Source of the DNA: a bacterium
GTDB taxonomy: Bacteria > Zhuqueibacterota > Zhuqueibacteria > Residuimicrobiales > Krinioviventaceae
Length of the DNA stretch: 64,000 nucleotides
Assembly: GCA_963674595.2 (NCBI GenBank)
Contig: CAXXFV010000016.1
Span: forward strand, 736,001 to 800,000
Direction of reading: 5' to 3'
How positions within the stretch are numbered: position 1 is the stretch's first letter; each line of letters starts with the position of its first letter. Positions 50,728 through 60,899 of this stretch are shown here, one piece after another. A program made the translations under genes and the position numbers. The notes under the pieces are model-generated. The model was not told the DNA's origin. It searched no databases and was given only the letters and a program-made list of their open reading frames with translations.

Positions 50728-51786
50728 ATGGGCAAAGTATTTCAGACTATTTGGGCGGCGATTTTGATGTTGAATGTCACCGTTATTTATTCCGGACAAG
50801 GGTTGTCTTATGTCCCTGAACTTGTCGATGAAGAACCTAAATATGCTGAATATTTGTTTGAAAAAACAAAAATAGCAGGTCAGGACAGTTGTTGTAAGCT
50901 GATTGAAAATTTGGTTTCGGAACTCGAACCAACCCTGAACAAATCCGATAGTCTTGCTATGGAAATAAAAAAAGATAAATTGGGGCAACTTTTTCCAATG
51001 GTCACTACCGAACGCTATACTCATGAAATTGCGACAAAGGTCCTGTTATGGTATTATGCTCAAAATATAAATTCAGATACGGGTATTCAATTTTTATCGC
51101 AAATTTATGATTCATTGGATTGTACCTTTATTTGGCCTCTTTTACATACCTGTGCGGTTAAATGTTCTTCTAAAGCTGATGGCTTGAAAAGTGTTTTAAA
51201 AATTTTGGACCAGCGCAGATGGTGGAGTTTTGTTGATGTTGAATTTTTACAGCAATTTTTACCGGATGCTAGAGAACAATTAGTCGATTATATTCGAAAC
51301 TATCCGTTAAATGAAAATCCCTTAATGGGAGATATATATGGTTATGATTCTTCCGATCTTTTTGCCATACCTTATAGCGAATTTGGGCCGGTGTTTTATT
51401 ATCCGTTGTATAATATTTATTCACGCATAAAATGCAGCCAATTACTGATGGATGAACATATTTTTTCAAAAAAGTTTTTGGAGCAGCAATTAACCGTTAG
51501 TGATAATTTATTTACTAAAATGACGACAAGCGCTGCTTTATGTGCGCGAAATAATCCTAAAGGAATTAATGCGTTATCTGATATATTGGAACAGACCCGA
51601 ATTATAAACAGGGGTATTATTTATGATATTTGTTATTCTTTAAAAGGTGAAATATTAAAAAATGAAAAGGCCACTGAATTAAGCAGGTCCTTACGTACAA
51701 AATTAGATACGTTTTACTTTCCTAAAGCAATATTATTAGCCATGGTGGATGCTGTTGATGTTGAACTGGCAGGATTTAAAGAATAA
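50728..51786 (+). CDS. Hypothetical secreted protein
   Basis: 352 aa ORF with a signal-like N-terminus and an AGAGG RBS; no recognisable motif. Confidence 0.65.
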   Translation: MGKVFQTIWAAILMLNVTVIYSGQGLSYVPELVDEEPKYAEYLFEKTKIAGQDSCCKLIENLVSELEPTLNKSDSLAMEIKKDKLGQLFPMVTTERYTHEIATKVLLWYYAQNINSDTGIQFLSQIYDSLDCTFIWPLLHTCAVKCSSKADGLKSVLKILDQRRWWSFVDVEFLQQFLPDAREQLVDYIRNYPLNENPLMGDIYGYDSSDLFAIPYSEFGPVFYYPLYNIYSRIKCSQLLMDEHIFSKKFLEQQLTVSDNLFTKMTTSAALCARNNPKGINALSDILEQTRIINRGIIYDICYSLKGEILKNEKATELSRSLRTKLDTFYFPKAILLAMVDAVDVELAGFKE

Positions 51787-51812
51787 TTTATCAAGAAAAA
51801 GTTGGGAGAAAT

Positions 51813-52715
51813 ATGATACAAACTAAATCATCATCCAGAAGAAGTTTTTTAAAATGGTGTTTGTTATCAGGATCAAGCACAATATTGGGAAAATATGTGA
51901 ATGCCGCTGAATCCCGTACTGATGTATGGGTAATTCATGGAAACGATAAAATCCTGTTGATGGATAAATGCCTTGAAATTATTGGAGAAAATGGAGGTTT
52001 GGCATCAGGTACAATGGCCCTAAAAGTCAATGCCGCATGGTCGAGAACGCCTGAGCAGGGCGCTAATACCCATCCGGTTTTGGTTGATCGGTTTCTTCAG
52101 GGCGTTAAAAATCTGGGTATAACTGAAAGTGTATTGCCGGAACATGCTTGTCAGAGGGGAGAACAAACTTTTGAACGCAGTGGTATATTGCAGGTTGCTA
52201 AAAAAAACAAAACGGACATGATCGATATGCAGCGTGAGCAAGATCATTTTGTTGAGGTGTCGATACCCTCTGCTGTAACTTTAAAACAAGCTCAGGTACC
52301 GAAAGAATTAATAGAGGCTGATGTTATTGTCAACATGCCGGTTGCTAAGGACCATCGGGCGTCAATATTAACTATTGCCATGAAAAACTGGATGGGCTCG
52401 GTTAATGATAGAGGTGTTTTTCATCGTGAAAATTTACATCAGTGTATAGCAGATATCAGCTCTTTTTTCAAACCTTCATGGACCATAGTTGATGCCACGA
52501 GAATAATGATGGATAAAGGACCACAGGGACCAACATCCAATATGCGTTATCCGAATTTACTTGTTGTTTCCAGAGACCAGGTGGCAGCCGATGTTTTTAC
52601 TTCTACGCTTTTTTATGATGATCCGATGCAAATCGGTTACTTGAATTTGGCCCGTAAAATGAATTTGGGAGAAACAGATTTGAATAAAATGAGCCTGCAT
52701 CGTATAGAGGCATAA
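51813..52715 (+). CDS. DUF362 domain protein with a Tat signal
   Basis: SRRSFLK twin-arginine motif, ANTHP, NMPVAKDH, TIAMKNWMG and D.VAAD. Confidence 0.85.
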   Translation: MIQTKSSSRRSFLKWCLLSGSSTILGKYVNAAESRTDVWVIHGNDKILLMDKCLEIIGENGGLASGTMALKVNAAWSRTPEQGANTHPVLVDRFLQGVKNLGITESVLPEHACQRGEQTFERSGILQVAKKNKTDMIDMQREQDHFVEVSIPSAVTLKQAQVPKELIEADVIVNMPVAKDHRASILTIAMKNWMGSVNDRGVFHRENLHQCIADISSFFKPSWTIVDATRIMMDKGPQGPTSNMRYPNLLVVSRDQVAADVFTSTLFYDDPMQIGYLNLARKMNLGETDLNKMSLHRIEA

Positions 52716-52716
52716 G

Positions 52717-53913
52717 ATGAAAATATTTCGGCGTTCAAGGTTTCCGGTAATCAGGCTTTTTATAATAGTTGTATTTATTTTTTTAACGATCCCTGTTCTT
52801 TTCCCTGTCTGGACTGTAAGAATTTGCCCTTCATCGAGTCCGTTTGTAACATTGTTGGATGTGCTTGCTCCCAGAGAGTGGTTTGTTCCTCAGTTTTGGT
52901 TTTTGCCTATGCTGGCGATTCTGGTTCTCGGACTTTTTAAGGGACGGTTCTTTTGTCGTACTATATGTCCGCTGGGAACGATTTATAAAATATTTTCCAG
53001 ATGGAGTTTTAAAAAAGTAATATTAAAAAAGCGACTCAACAGGACTATTTTCTGGTTCACATTTTGGGCGGCTGTTTGTGGAACCCCAATGGTTCTTTTT
53101 CTTGATCCTTTATCAACTTTTACCCGGTTAATGACGGGAATTACCAGTTATCATTTTTGGATTATTTTAATACCCTTGTCTGTATTTGTTTTATTTTTTT
53201 TTATTCATTTCATTCAACCAATGATGTGGTGCACACACATTTGTCCATTGGGATATTCGTTTGAATCTTCCATACGAATTCGCCAAAATGTATTATTTCA
53301 AAATGAGCGCAGGGAAATAATAAAAGGCTTTGTTCTTGCACTGCCTTCAGCCTTTCTCTTTAATAAAACAGCTTTACCTGATGAGAAAACGCAACATTTA
53401 CCTGTTTTACCACCTGGTGCGGTCGATCAGGCTTCTTTTTCCAATGTGTGTAGTCGCTGTTATGCCTGTGTTAATGTTTGTCCGACTGAGGTTATTCAAA
53501 TTGGATTTTTTAAACATAGAACCCTGGGCCAGTTTTTTCAACCGGAACTGGCAACCCGCACCAGTTATTGTGATGAATTTTGCAACAAATGTTCCATTGT
53601 ATGCCCAACGGGAGCAATTCGGTTTTTAAGTTTGGAAGATAAAAAGAAACAGCAAATTGGTGTTGCCGTATTGGATAAAGAAAGCTGTTTGGCCTGGGCG
53701 GATGATAAATTTTGCATGGTCTGTGATGAATACTGCTCCTATCATGCTATTGAATTTGAATATCGGGAGGGACGTATCCCATTACCTTCCGTTAATAAAG
53801 ATATTTGCAGAGGTTGTGGTAGTTGTGAATATGCATGTCCGGCAATACGTAATGGAAAAGCTATACATGTTAATGGTGTCTATAAGCAGAGAGTATTAAA
53901 TAATATAGTTTAA
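52717..53913 (+). CDS. Membrane polyferredoxin (NapH/MauN-like 4Fe-4S binding protein)
   Basis: GRFFCRTICPLG, WCTHICPLG and several CxxCxxCxxxCP clusters. Confidence 0.9.
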   Translation: MKIFRRSRFPVIRLFIIVVFIFLTIPVLFPVWTVRICPSSSPFVTLLDVLAPREWFVPQFWFLPMLAILVLGLFKGRFFCRTICPLGTIYKIFSRWSFKKVILKKRLNRTIFWFTFWAAVCGTPMVLFLDPLSTFTRLMTGITSYHFWIILIPLSVFVLFFFIHFIQPMMWCTHICPLGYSFESSIRIRQNVLFQNERREIIKGFVLALPSAFLFNKTALPDEKTQHLPVLPPGAVDQASFSNVCSRCYACVNVCPTEVIQIGFFKHRTLGQFFQPELATRTSYCDEFCNKCSIVCPTGAIRFLSLEDKKKQQIGVAVLDKESCLAWADDKFCMVCDEYCSYHAIEFEYREGRIPLPSVNKDICRGCGSCEYACPAIRNGKAIHVNGVYKQRVLNNIV

Positions 53914-53921
53914 GGACGACA

Positions 53922-55151
53922 ATGAGATATAATTATTCCAAAAGTTTGTTGGTAATCTATTTTTTATATGTTGTTACAATGTTTACAGGTATAAGTTGTA
54001 GTAAAGAACTTGTTTCCGGGAATGACAAAGATGATTTTAATGGCGAGGGAACAGCTATTGCTTTAACAGGTGGAAAAATAATTGATGGGACCGGTAATAG
54101 TCGGGTTGAAAACGGTCTTCTACTTGTTAACGATGGTAAAATTGCATTTGTCGGTTCCGGTGATCAAAAACAAATACCGGAAAGTTTCAGAGTTATTAAT
54201 GTAAACGGATGTACTGTTCTTCCCGGTTTTATAAATGCTCATATTCATCATGGTTATAGTGAATCAGATTTGAAAAAATGGGCCTGGAATGGTGTCACAA
54301 CGGTACGGGATTTAGCGGCAAATGGTCCAAATACGGATCTAAAGGAATTAATTAAATTCAGAGACAGGGTTAATTCAAATCCAAATTGTGCGCGGTTGGT
54401 AAGTGCCGGTTTTATTTTGGCAAAGAAAAACGGTTATTGTTCTTCGTATTATAACTCTTTCAATTCCCCTAAAGAGGCCCGTCAATTGGTCATTAATGAA
54501 ATAAATGCAGGAGTGGAAATTATTAAATTTGCATTAGAGGACGGATATGCAGGTGTTACAAATCTTCCGAATGCGACTGATGAAGAAATGTCGGCAATTG
54601 TCAATACAGCCCATGAATATAACACCCCTGTTTCCGTGCATATAACAGATTCCAAGTATTTGCAAAAGGTAATCGATCTTGGAGTAGATGATGTTGCCCA
54701 TATCACGTGGAATGTTGTTGACCCGGAGATTTATAAAGAAATGGTTGCCAAAAATATTTATATGGTACCGACAGTGACTGTTTTTAATTTTTATGGTTCA
54801 CCAATAAACAATTGTATTACAAATATTCGTAATTTTGTCAACGTTGGCGGCAAAATAGCTCTCGGCAATGATTATGATAACGGTTACCCGGCTGGTTATT
54901 TTGAGTTGGGTATCCCCATGTATGAGGTACAATGTATGAAAGATGCTGATATGACGCCTATGCAGATAATTGAAGCATGTACTAAAAATGCTGCTCATGT
55001 ATCAAATATTATAAATGAGACAGGTACACTGGAACCAGGTAAAGATGCTGATGTTTTAATAATTAATGGCGATCCTTTAAAAAATCTGCAAACATTAAAA
55101 GATATAAAAATGGTCATTCACCGAGGTGTCATCATTCGGGATGAGCTTTAG
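53922..55151 (+). CDS. Amidohydrolase family lipoprotein
   Basis: Lipobox GISC, LPGFINAHIH, GVTTVRD, VSVH, ALGND and GTLEPGKDAD...GDPL. Confidence 0.88.
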   Translation: MRYNYSKSLLVIYFLYVVTMFTGISCSKELVSGNDKDDFNGEGTAIALTGGKIIDGTGNSRVENGLLLVNDGKIAFVGSGDQKQIPESFRVINVNGCTVLPGFINAHIHHGYSESDLKKWAWNGVTTVRDLAANGPNTDLKELIKFRDRVNSNPNCARLVSAGFILAKKNGYCSSYYNSFNSPKEARQLVINEINAGVEIIKFALEDGYAGVTNLPNATDEEMSAIVNTAHEYNTPVSVHITDSKYLQKVIDLGVDDVAHITWNVVDPEIYKEMVAKNIYMVPTVTVFNFYGSPINNCITNIRNFVNVGGKIALGNDYDNGYPAGYFELGIPMYEVQCMKDADMTPMQIIEACTKNAAHVSNIINETGTLEPGKDADVLIINGDPLKNLQTLKDIKMVIHRGVIIRDEL

Positions 55152-55246
55152 TATTTAAGGTTTTAAACAAATACTAAATAATTTGGAGCTTTTAAATGCA
55201 CTGGCCGGGTAAATCCCCCTTTTTTTTATCTATTAATAACCGGAAA

Positions 55247-55960
55247 TTACTCTTTTACAGCACTGATAATTGCCAGATTTAAAAATTTCCAGGGGACTTC
55301 AATAGTTTGATAACCTGCTTGTTTAAGCCAGGAGACTTTTTCGTCAATAGTACAGACGTGATGGTCTTTACGTAAAATATGAGAGTTTGATAATATTTCA
55401 ATCTGTTCTTTCGTAATATGACCGTCAATTAATGCCCGTTGTATAAATTGAATTTCAAGATCGTGAAAGACCCTGTTTACCTGGTTGTCTTCTGAGCGGA
55501 AGAATTCACAGGTTATCCAACGGCCCTGGGGTGTTAATAATGAGTTGACATGTTTGATAATGTTTTGGTGTTGTTCGAACGGCAAAAAGTCAAGCGTAAA
55601 CGAAGATAAAAGAACATCGATTTCGTTAATATCCGTGTCCCAGTTGTCTGTGGAAATATCCGTTTCAACAGGAACAATACGTTCTTTAAACTCATTTAAT
55701 CGTTCACGTCCTCGTTGTAATATCATTTTATTTTTTTCAACAGCCAAAACAACACTGCTGGGGTAAAGTGTAAGCGCTCTTTGTGCCAGGTGTCCAAAAC
55801 CAAAACCCAGATCAGCAATTTTAATTTCATTTTCAGCCGGAAAATCAATCATTGATACCATAATATCATGGGCTTCGTGAAATTTTGGAATGATAAAGTG
55901 GTAAAATTTTTCCAATATGTCCAGTTCTTGAAATGAATCGTTGTTGTTTAAATTAGTCAC
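55247..55960 (-). CDS. Class I SAM-dependent methyltransferase
   Basis: Motif I IADLGFGFG, DVLLSSF.L and L.P.G. Confidence 0.82.
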   Translation of the reverse strand: MTNLNNNDSFQELDILEKFYHFIIPKFHEAHDIMVSMIDFPAENEIKIADLGFGFGHLAQRALTLYPSSVVLAVEKNKMILQRGRERLNEFKERIVPVETDISTDNWDTDINEIDVLLSSFTLDFLPFEQHQNIIKHVNSLLTPQGRWITCEFFRSEDNQVNRVFHDLEIQFIQRALIDGHITKEQIEILSNSHILRKDHHVCTIDEKVSWLKQAGYQTIEVPWKFLNLAIISAVKE

Positions 55961-58262
55961 TTAGATTAAACTCCATTGTTTTTGTTACTTTTTGTTCGGA
56001 TTCAGGAAATTCGGCTATAACCTCTAACTGATAATGTCCGTTATTATATTTACTCAAGTCCAATGCTATATATTCTGCTGAAAATTCCTGATTGGAATAT
56101 CGTTCAACTTTAATTGTTGTTTTTGGTTTGCCTCCACCAAAAATACCGGCGATTTTTGAAAAAATGTTTGATTTTTCTTTTTTCAAAAGTTTTAGATTAT
56201 ATTCCAGATAATAGAGAACGTTTTGGTTATTTTTCACCGGTATATTATATAATTCAAAGTATACAAAGAACGAATTATTTTTTTTAAATGCAAGTGTTGG
56301 ATTCGGAATGACCTGTAATCCGTGTTTTGAAAATTTATTTTTTTTATCAAAAGGTTTTATATCTCTAGCCAGTTCAATATCGCTTATCATAACAGTCGGT
56401 TTGTTAAAGGAAACCGGAGCAAGCAGGAATTTATAGCCGCCAATGCGTTTTTGTTTGGGTATATTTGCAAAAAAACTGAGATAGTGGTTGACCGGATCAA
56501 GCTCGATGTTATACTGATCTATCCATATTCCCAATGAATCATTTTGGTGTTTTATCGTTTGAGATAAAATATTTTTTGAAGAGTTGAACACAATGTTCCA
56601 CAGTGTGTCGTGGATGCTTATTCCCAGCTCAATATTAATATCGGGTTCGTATTTTATATCATCAGACCATAGATTTTTTGTCTCAAGCCCATAATAAATT
56701 TCATATCTGTTTTTTGTGCTGTCGCCTTTAAATGAACTCATATAAAACGGTATAAAAAGCGGTGTTGTTCCTTTTTCCCATTTATGCCGGTCACTGTTTA
56801 AACCGACAAAGGTCTCTTTTTGTATTTTTTGTTCCAGTTCAAAATTAATTTGTGTAATGTCCAGATCTGTACGTGCTGAGTACATGCGTTGGAAAACAGG
56901 GTCCCAGTTTAGCATATTTGCGGCTTGCTTTGGATCAATGGTTCCTGTTAGACGCCAATTGTTACCGGCAGCATTTTTGTCGATGGTAAAGTGAAAGATC
57001 ATCTTGTCAAGATTATTTGACGAATAATAGAGCCAGGATTCATTTGGTTGTATAGCCTTGTCGCCCACTCTTTGTTGCAATGCCTGGTCCATGGTAAATG
57101 CCTTGTTGTCCGGTTCCCCATGACGAATATAGACAAGACCTTTGTCATTGTATTTGTCGTCAAGAGAAAAAACCTTGGGGAATTTAAGTACGGCTTTTTT
57201 ATCCGGATTGTTGAACCAAACTTTAAGGCCGTCATATCGGTAATTTTCATCTGCGTACATGATCCGATTCACATGCTCAATTAAACGATAGTTTATTTTT
57301 GCGGCAGGCGCCGGATTTTTCCGTGCCCACAGATTTTTTATGAAAACTTTACGTTGGTCTATTGTTTTGAGCTGTTCAAATTGTGCTAATTCGTGATCTG
57401 TAATTATATATTTAACATCCTGAAATAACATACTTATATCGAGTATTGAATTTACAGAGTCGATTGCCTGGTAATAAAAATCCTGGGCTTTTTCATTATC
57501 TTTTTTGACGAAATTTGTTTTAACCAGGGAAAGATATATGGGGATATTTGAAAAAACAGATTCCGGGGTATTTAAAAGAAGATGAAATATGGAATCTGAT
57601 TTTACAAACTGTTCATTGCGTCTGTACAATTCTCCGATATAATAGGTGTTGATAAATGTTTGTGGTTGTTTTTTCAACCACTCATAAGAATCATCAAAAT
57701 TTGTGTTTGCTAAAAGAAAATCATAATATAAATAAAGATCTGTAATTACATACAAATCGGATGGTTTTAATTTGACCTGTATGTTTAATAAAGAGACGGC
57801 TTTTTTAAAGTTTCGGGCGTACCTTTCAAGAATACCGTACTGATAAAATACATCCTTAAAGAGAGAGTCCTGTTCGATAATATAATTGAAATGTTTTTTT
57901 GCTTTGTCCCATTCTAGTTTTCTGAAAATAAGGGCTTTAAATTTTCCTGATTCGCGATGGCTAATGCCAAGAATATATCGGGCAGTCAGGTCCTGCGGAT
58001 GAATTTTTAGAACTTTATTCATCCAGTCTTTTGCGTCACCCCAGTTTGATTGATTGGCTTTAATTTGTCCGAGTGTTTTAAGAATTCCAATATCGCCGGG
58101 ATTTTCCTGATGTGCCTTTTCAAACATTTGTAGTGCTGATTCGATCTGGCCGTTACGGTAAAGCGTTATGGCTTTATCAAGTGTTGACTGTTCCGGCTGC
58201 TGTGCAGTGATCAAATTCGCAGTTAAAAAAACAGAGCACAAAACAGTAATTATAAGTCTCAT
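55953..58262 (-). CDS. GWxTD-domain protein with N-terminal TPR repeats, secreted
   Basis: Signal peptide and TPRs, then W..KNP.P....N..L.EH..R..YAD..Y and NDKGLVYIRHGEPD. Confidence 0.78.
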   Translation of the reverse strand: MRLIITVLCSVFLTANLITAQQPEQSTLDKAITLYRNGQIESALQMFEKAHQENPGDIGILKTLGQIKANQSNWGDAKDWMNKVLKIHPQDLTARYILGISHRESGKFKALIFRKLEWDKAKKHFNYIIEQDSLFKDVFYQYGILERYARNFKKAVSLLNIQVKLKPSDLYVITDLYLYYDFLLANTNFDDSYEWLKKQPQTFINTYYIGELYRRNEQFVKSDSIFHLLLNTPESVFSNIPIYLSLVKTNFVKKDNEKAQDFYYQAIDSVNSILDISMLFQDVKYIITDHELAQFEQLKTIDQRKVFIKNLWARKNPAPAAKINYRLIEHVNRIMYADENYRYDGLKVWFNNPDKKAVLKFPKVFSLDDKYNDKGLVYIRHGEPDNKAFTMDQALQQRVGDKAIQPNESWLYYSSNNLDKMIFHFTIDKNAAGNNWRLTGTIDPKQAANMLNWDPVFQRMYSARTDLDITQINFELEQKIQKETFVGLNSDRHKWEKGTTPLFIPFYMSSFKGDSTKNRYEIYYGLETKNLWSDDIKYEPDINIELGISIHDTLWNIVFNSSKNILSQTIKHQNDSLGIWIDQYNIELDPVNHYLSFFANIPKQKRIGGYKFLLAPVSFNKPTVMISDIELARDIKPFDKKNKFSKHGLQVIPNPTLAFKKNNSFFVYFELYNIPVKNNQNVLYYLEYNLKLLKKEKSNIFSKIAGIFGGGKPKTTIKVERYSNQEFSAEYIALDLSKYNNGHYQLEVIAEFPESEQKVTKTMEFNLSD

Positions 58263-58412
58263 TGGAATCCTTTCTGTTTTTTTAGTATAGTTATATTTTC
58301 AGCAAGAGTCAATAGTTGTTCAAAGATTTTTGATAAAGGGAATTTTAATGCCTGTTTGTTCTGTTAAGAAATAAATTTATCTTTTATTACCCGGAATGAG
58401 GAGGTAAGCAGA

Positions 58413-59024
58413 ATGGAATTAGTAAAAGCGATAGAAAATAGATCCACAGTACGAAATTTTACAAACGATGCCGTTGATCCTAATGATTTAAAAGAGATGG
58501 TGCAATTAGCCGGCCTGGCGCCCAGTGTTAATAATTCACAACCGTGGAAATTTATAGCTATTACAAATACAGAATTAATTGCAAAAATGGCTGAAACTGT
58601 TCATCAAAAAGTCGATCAGATGTTTCATACTGTTTCAGAAAAAGACGAACAGGTGAAAAATACCATAGATTATTTTTCAACAGTTTTTGAAAAAGCGCCC
58701 TCGGTTATTGTTGTTGTTTCAAAGTCCTATGAGGCTATAGCAGACAAGCTGTTTGACCATGACCAGATTAATAAACTACGGAATTATCCAAATATAGAAA
58801 GTATCGGGGCGAGTGTTCAGAATATTTTATTAGCTGCAGTGGAAAAGGGTTTGGGCGCTTGTTGGCTAAGTGGATTGATGATTGCGCAACACGAGCTGGA
58901 ACAGGTATTAGACATTCAGCCCCCCTGGCAATTGGCCACAGCCATTGCAGTTGGTAAACCCGCTTCAGAAACCGGGAAAAAAACCAAAAAATCTTTGGAT
59001 GAAATTTTTGAATTACGTGAATAA
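58413..59024 (+). CDS. Nitroreductase family protein
   Basis: AIENRSTVR.F, APS..NSQPWKF and QNILLAA...GLGACW. Confidence 0.92.
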   Translation: MELVKAIENRSTVRNFTNDAVDPNDLKEMVQLAGLAPSVNNSQPWKFIAITNTELIAKMAETVHQKVDQMFHTVSEKDEQVKNTIDYFSTVFEKAPSVIVVVSKSYEAIADKLFDHDQINKLRNYPNIESIGASVQNILLAAVEKGLGACWLSGLMIAQHELEQVLDIQPPWQLATAIAVGKPASETGKKTKKSLDEIFELRE

Positions 59025-59029
59025 TAAAT

Positions 59030-59527
59030 TCATTCTTTTAAAGAATCCGTTTTTGTTGTGTCTGTCTTTACCAGCTTTAATGCAAGAGAATTTATACAAT
59101 ATCTCAAATTTGTAGGAGCCGGACCGTCGTTGAAAACATGTCCCAAGTGTGAGCCGCATACACTGCATAAAACCTCGGTCCGCTCCATTGACAGACTTTT
59201 ATCTTTTTGTTCGTTGACGGTTTTATTGGAAATTGGCTCCCAAAAACTCGGCCATCCGCTTCCTGAATCATATTTTGTGTCGGAACTGAACAATGGATTC
59301 CCGCATGCTGCACAGGTGTAAACTCCTTTATCCGTTGTTTTATAATATTTTCCGGTAAAGGCTTGTTCCGTACCCTTTTCACGCAATACACGAAATTGTT
59401 CCGGTGACAGGCAGGTTTGCCACTCTTTATCGCTTTTTATTATTTTTTCCGTTTTAATTGTTGCCTCCTGTGCAAATAAACTATTAAATAATAAAACAGA
59501 CAAGAAAAAAGCTGCTATTTTCATCAT
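59030..59527 (-). CDS. msrB: Peptide-methionine (R)-S-oxide reductase with a signal peptide
   Basis: [34 protein letters not shown] and RYCINS. Confidence 0.95.
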   Translation of the reverse strand: MMKIAAFFLSVLLFNSLFAQEATIKTEKIIKSDKEWQTCLSPEQFRVLREKGTEQAFTGKYYKTTDKGVYTCAACGNPLFSSDTKYDSGSGWPSFWEPISNKTVNEQKDKSLSMERTEVLCSVCGSHLGHVFNDGPAPTNLRYCINSLALKLVKTDTTKTDSLKE

Positions 59528-59588
59528 GATAAATTCCTTTTTTACCTATTTAAACATGAATTCAGCCTGACTTATTTCCCGGCCGGTA

Positions 59589-59912
59589 TCAACCATTTAT
59601 ATTTTTTTCGATTTCTGATTTTAAGGCATGATATGGCAGGGCGCCGGCAACCCGCATCAACGTTTTCCCTTTATGAAACATCATAATTGTGGGAATACTG
59701 CTGATTTGATATTGAGCAGCTACGTGCTGTTTGTGATCAACATTAACTTTTATCGTTAACAGTTTTCCTTTATACTCCTGTGCAAGTTGTTGAATGACAG
59801 GTGATACCATTCGACAGGGACCACACCATTCTGCCCAAAAATCGACAAGAACAGGAATATCTGAATTTTGGATCAATTCATTAAAGGATTTTGGTAGTTC
59901 ATGCTGTGTCAT
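59589..59912 (-). CDS. trxA: Thioredoxin
   Basis: VLVDFWAEWCGPCR and SIPT. The likely start is ATG at 59912 after GAGG. Confidence 0.95.
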   Translation of the reverse strand: MTQHELPKSFNELIQNSDIPVLVDFWAEWCGPCRMVSPVIQQLAQEYKGKLLTIKVNVDHKQHVAAQYQISSIPTIMMFHKGKTLMRVAGALPYHALKSEIEKNING

Positions 59913-60155
59913 TTTTACCTCTTTATAAAGAAAATAATGTTTTACTATTTTCAATATTAGATGCATGAATTATCAAAATGATTAAGAGATTAAATATAAT
60001 TTTAAAACTTTTGTCGATGTGTTACTAAAAAATAATAGTAGTAAAGAGTGAAGCAGGTTTTTGGGGATGGTAAATTATTGTCGATATAGGACTGGTAAAA
60101 AATTAATTAGCTGAAATGTCATATTAAAGAATATGCTGTAATCAGCACTTTTCTG

Positions 60156-60854
60156 TTAAAAAGTTATGCTGATTTTTAATAATGCCGGATTTTGTACATT
60201 TTCAACGTTTTTGTATTTATCCTTGTACAATTCTCCAAAACCGTTACCGATGAGTGTGCCTAATAAGGCTCCGGTCAAAACGTCGGACAACCAATGCTTG
60301 TTGTCATAAATTCGCTGATAGCCGGTTAATGAAGCAATAATATAGGCAGGAATTCCGACCGAGTTGCCGTAGATTTGTTGTAACGTTGCGGCTACCACAA
60401 ATGACGTCGACGTATGCCCTGATGGGAAGGAATGATAATCTTGTTTCCCGGGTCTTTGACGGCGACAGATATGTTTTAATACAAAAGTGACTGCAAGGTT
60501 TGCTGCATAAGCTTCTCCCATAATTTTAGCACGGTTCCAGGTTTTACTGCCGTGATAATTATTTGCCCAACTGTCTGTTAGTATGTAACCTTCTGCAATG
60601 AAAAAATTACTGCCAAAACCATAAATGTCAAAAATTTTGCTGGTTGTATTATTAAGATATTTGTTGGTAAATTTTTCTTTTACAGGATGATCCAGTTTTG
60701 ACGCCAGGGCAATGCCACCGGCAAAACCAAGCCATGCTGGTTTGTCGAAAAAAGCGTTGTTAAATCCGTCTTTAAAATCGTTGGAATAATCTTTGAATGA
60801 ATCTTGTGAGTATAAACTTCCTGTGAAAAGTAATAGAATTAATAATTTTTTCAT
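60156..60854 (-). CDS. PAP2-family phosphatase
   Basis: Motifs K....R.RP, SFPSGH and R.....HW.SDV..G. Confidence 0.9.
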   Translation of the reverse strand: MKKLLILLLFTGSLYSQDSFKDYSNDFKDGFNNAFFDKPAWLGFAGGIALASKLDHPVKEKFTNKYLNNTTSKIFDIYGFGSNFFIAEGYILTDSWANNYHGSKTWNRAKIMGEAYAANLAVTFVLKHICRRQRPGKQDYHSFPSGHTSTSFVVAATLQQIYGNSVGIPAYIIASLTGYQRIYDNKHWLSDVLTGALLGTLIGNGFGELYKDKYKNVENVQNPALLKISITF

Positions 60855-60899
60855 TCTTACCCGTCTGTTTGAATTTTCCTGTACTGCAAATTTTGTTCG

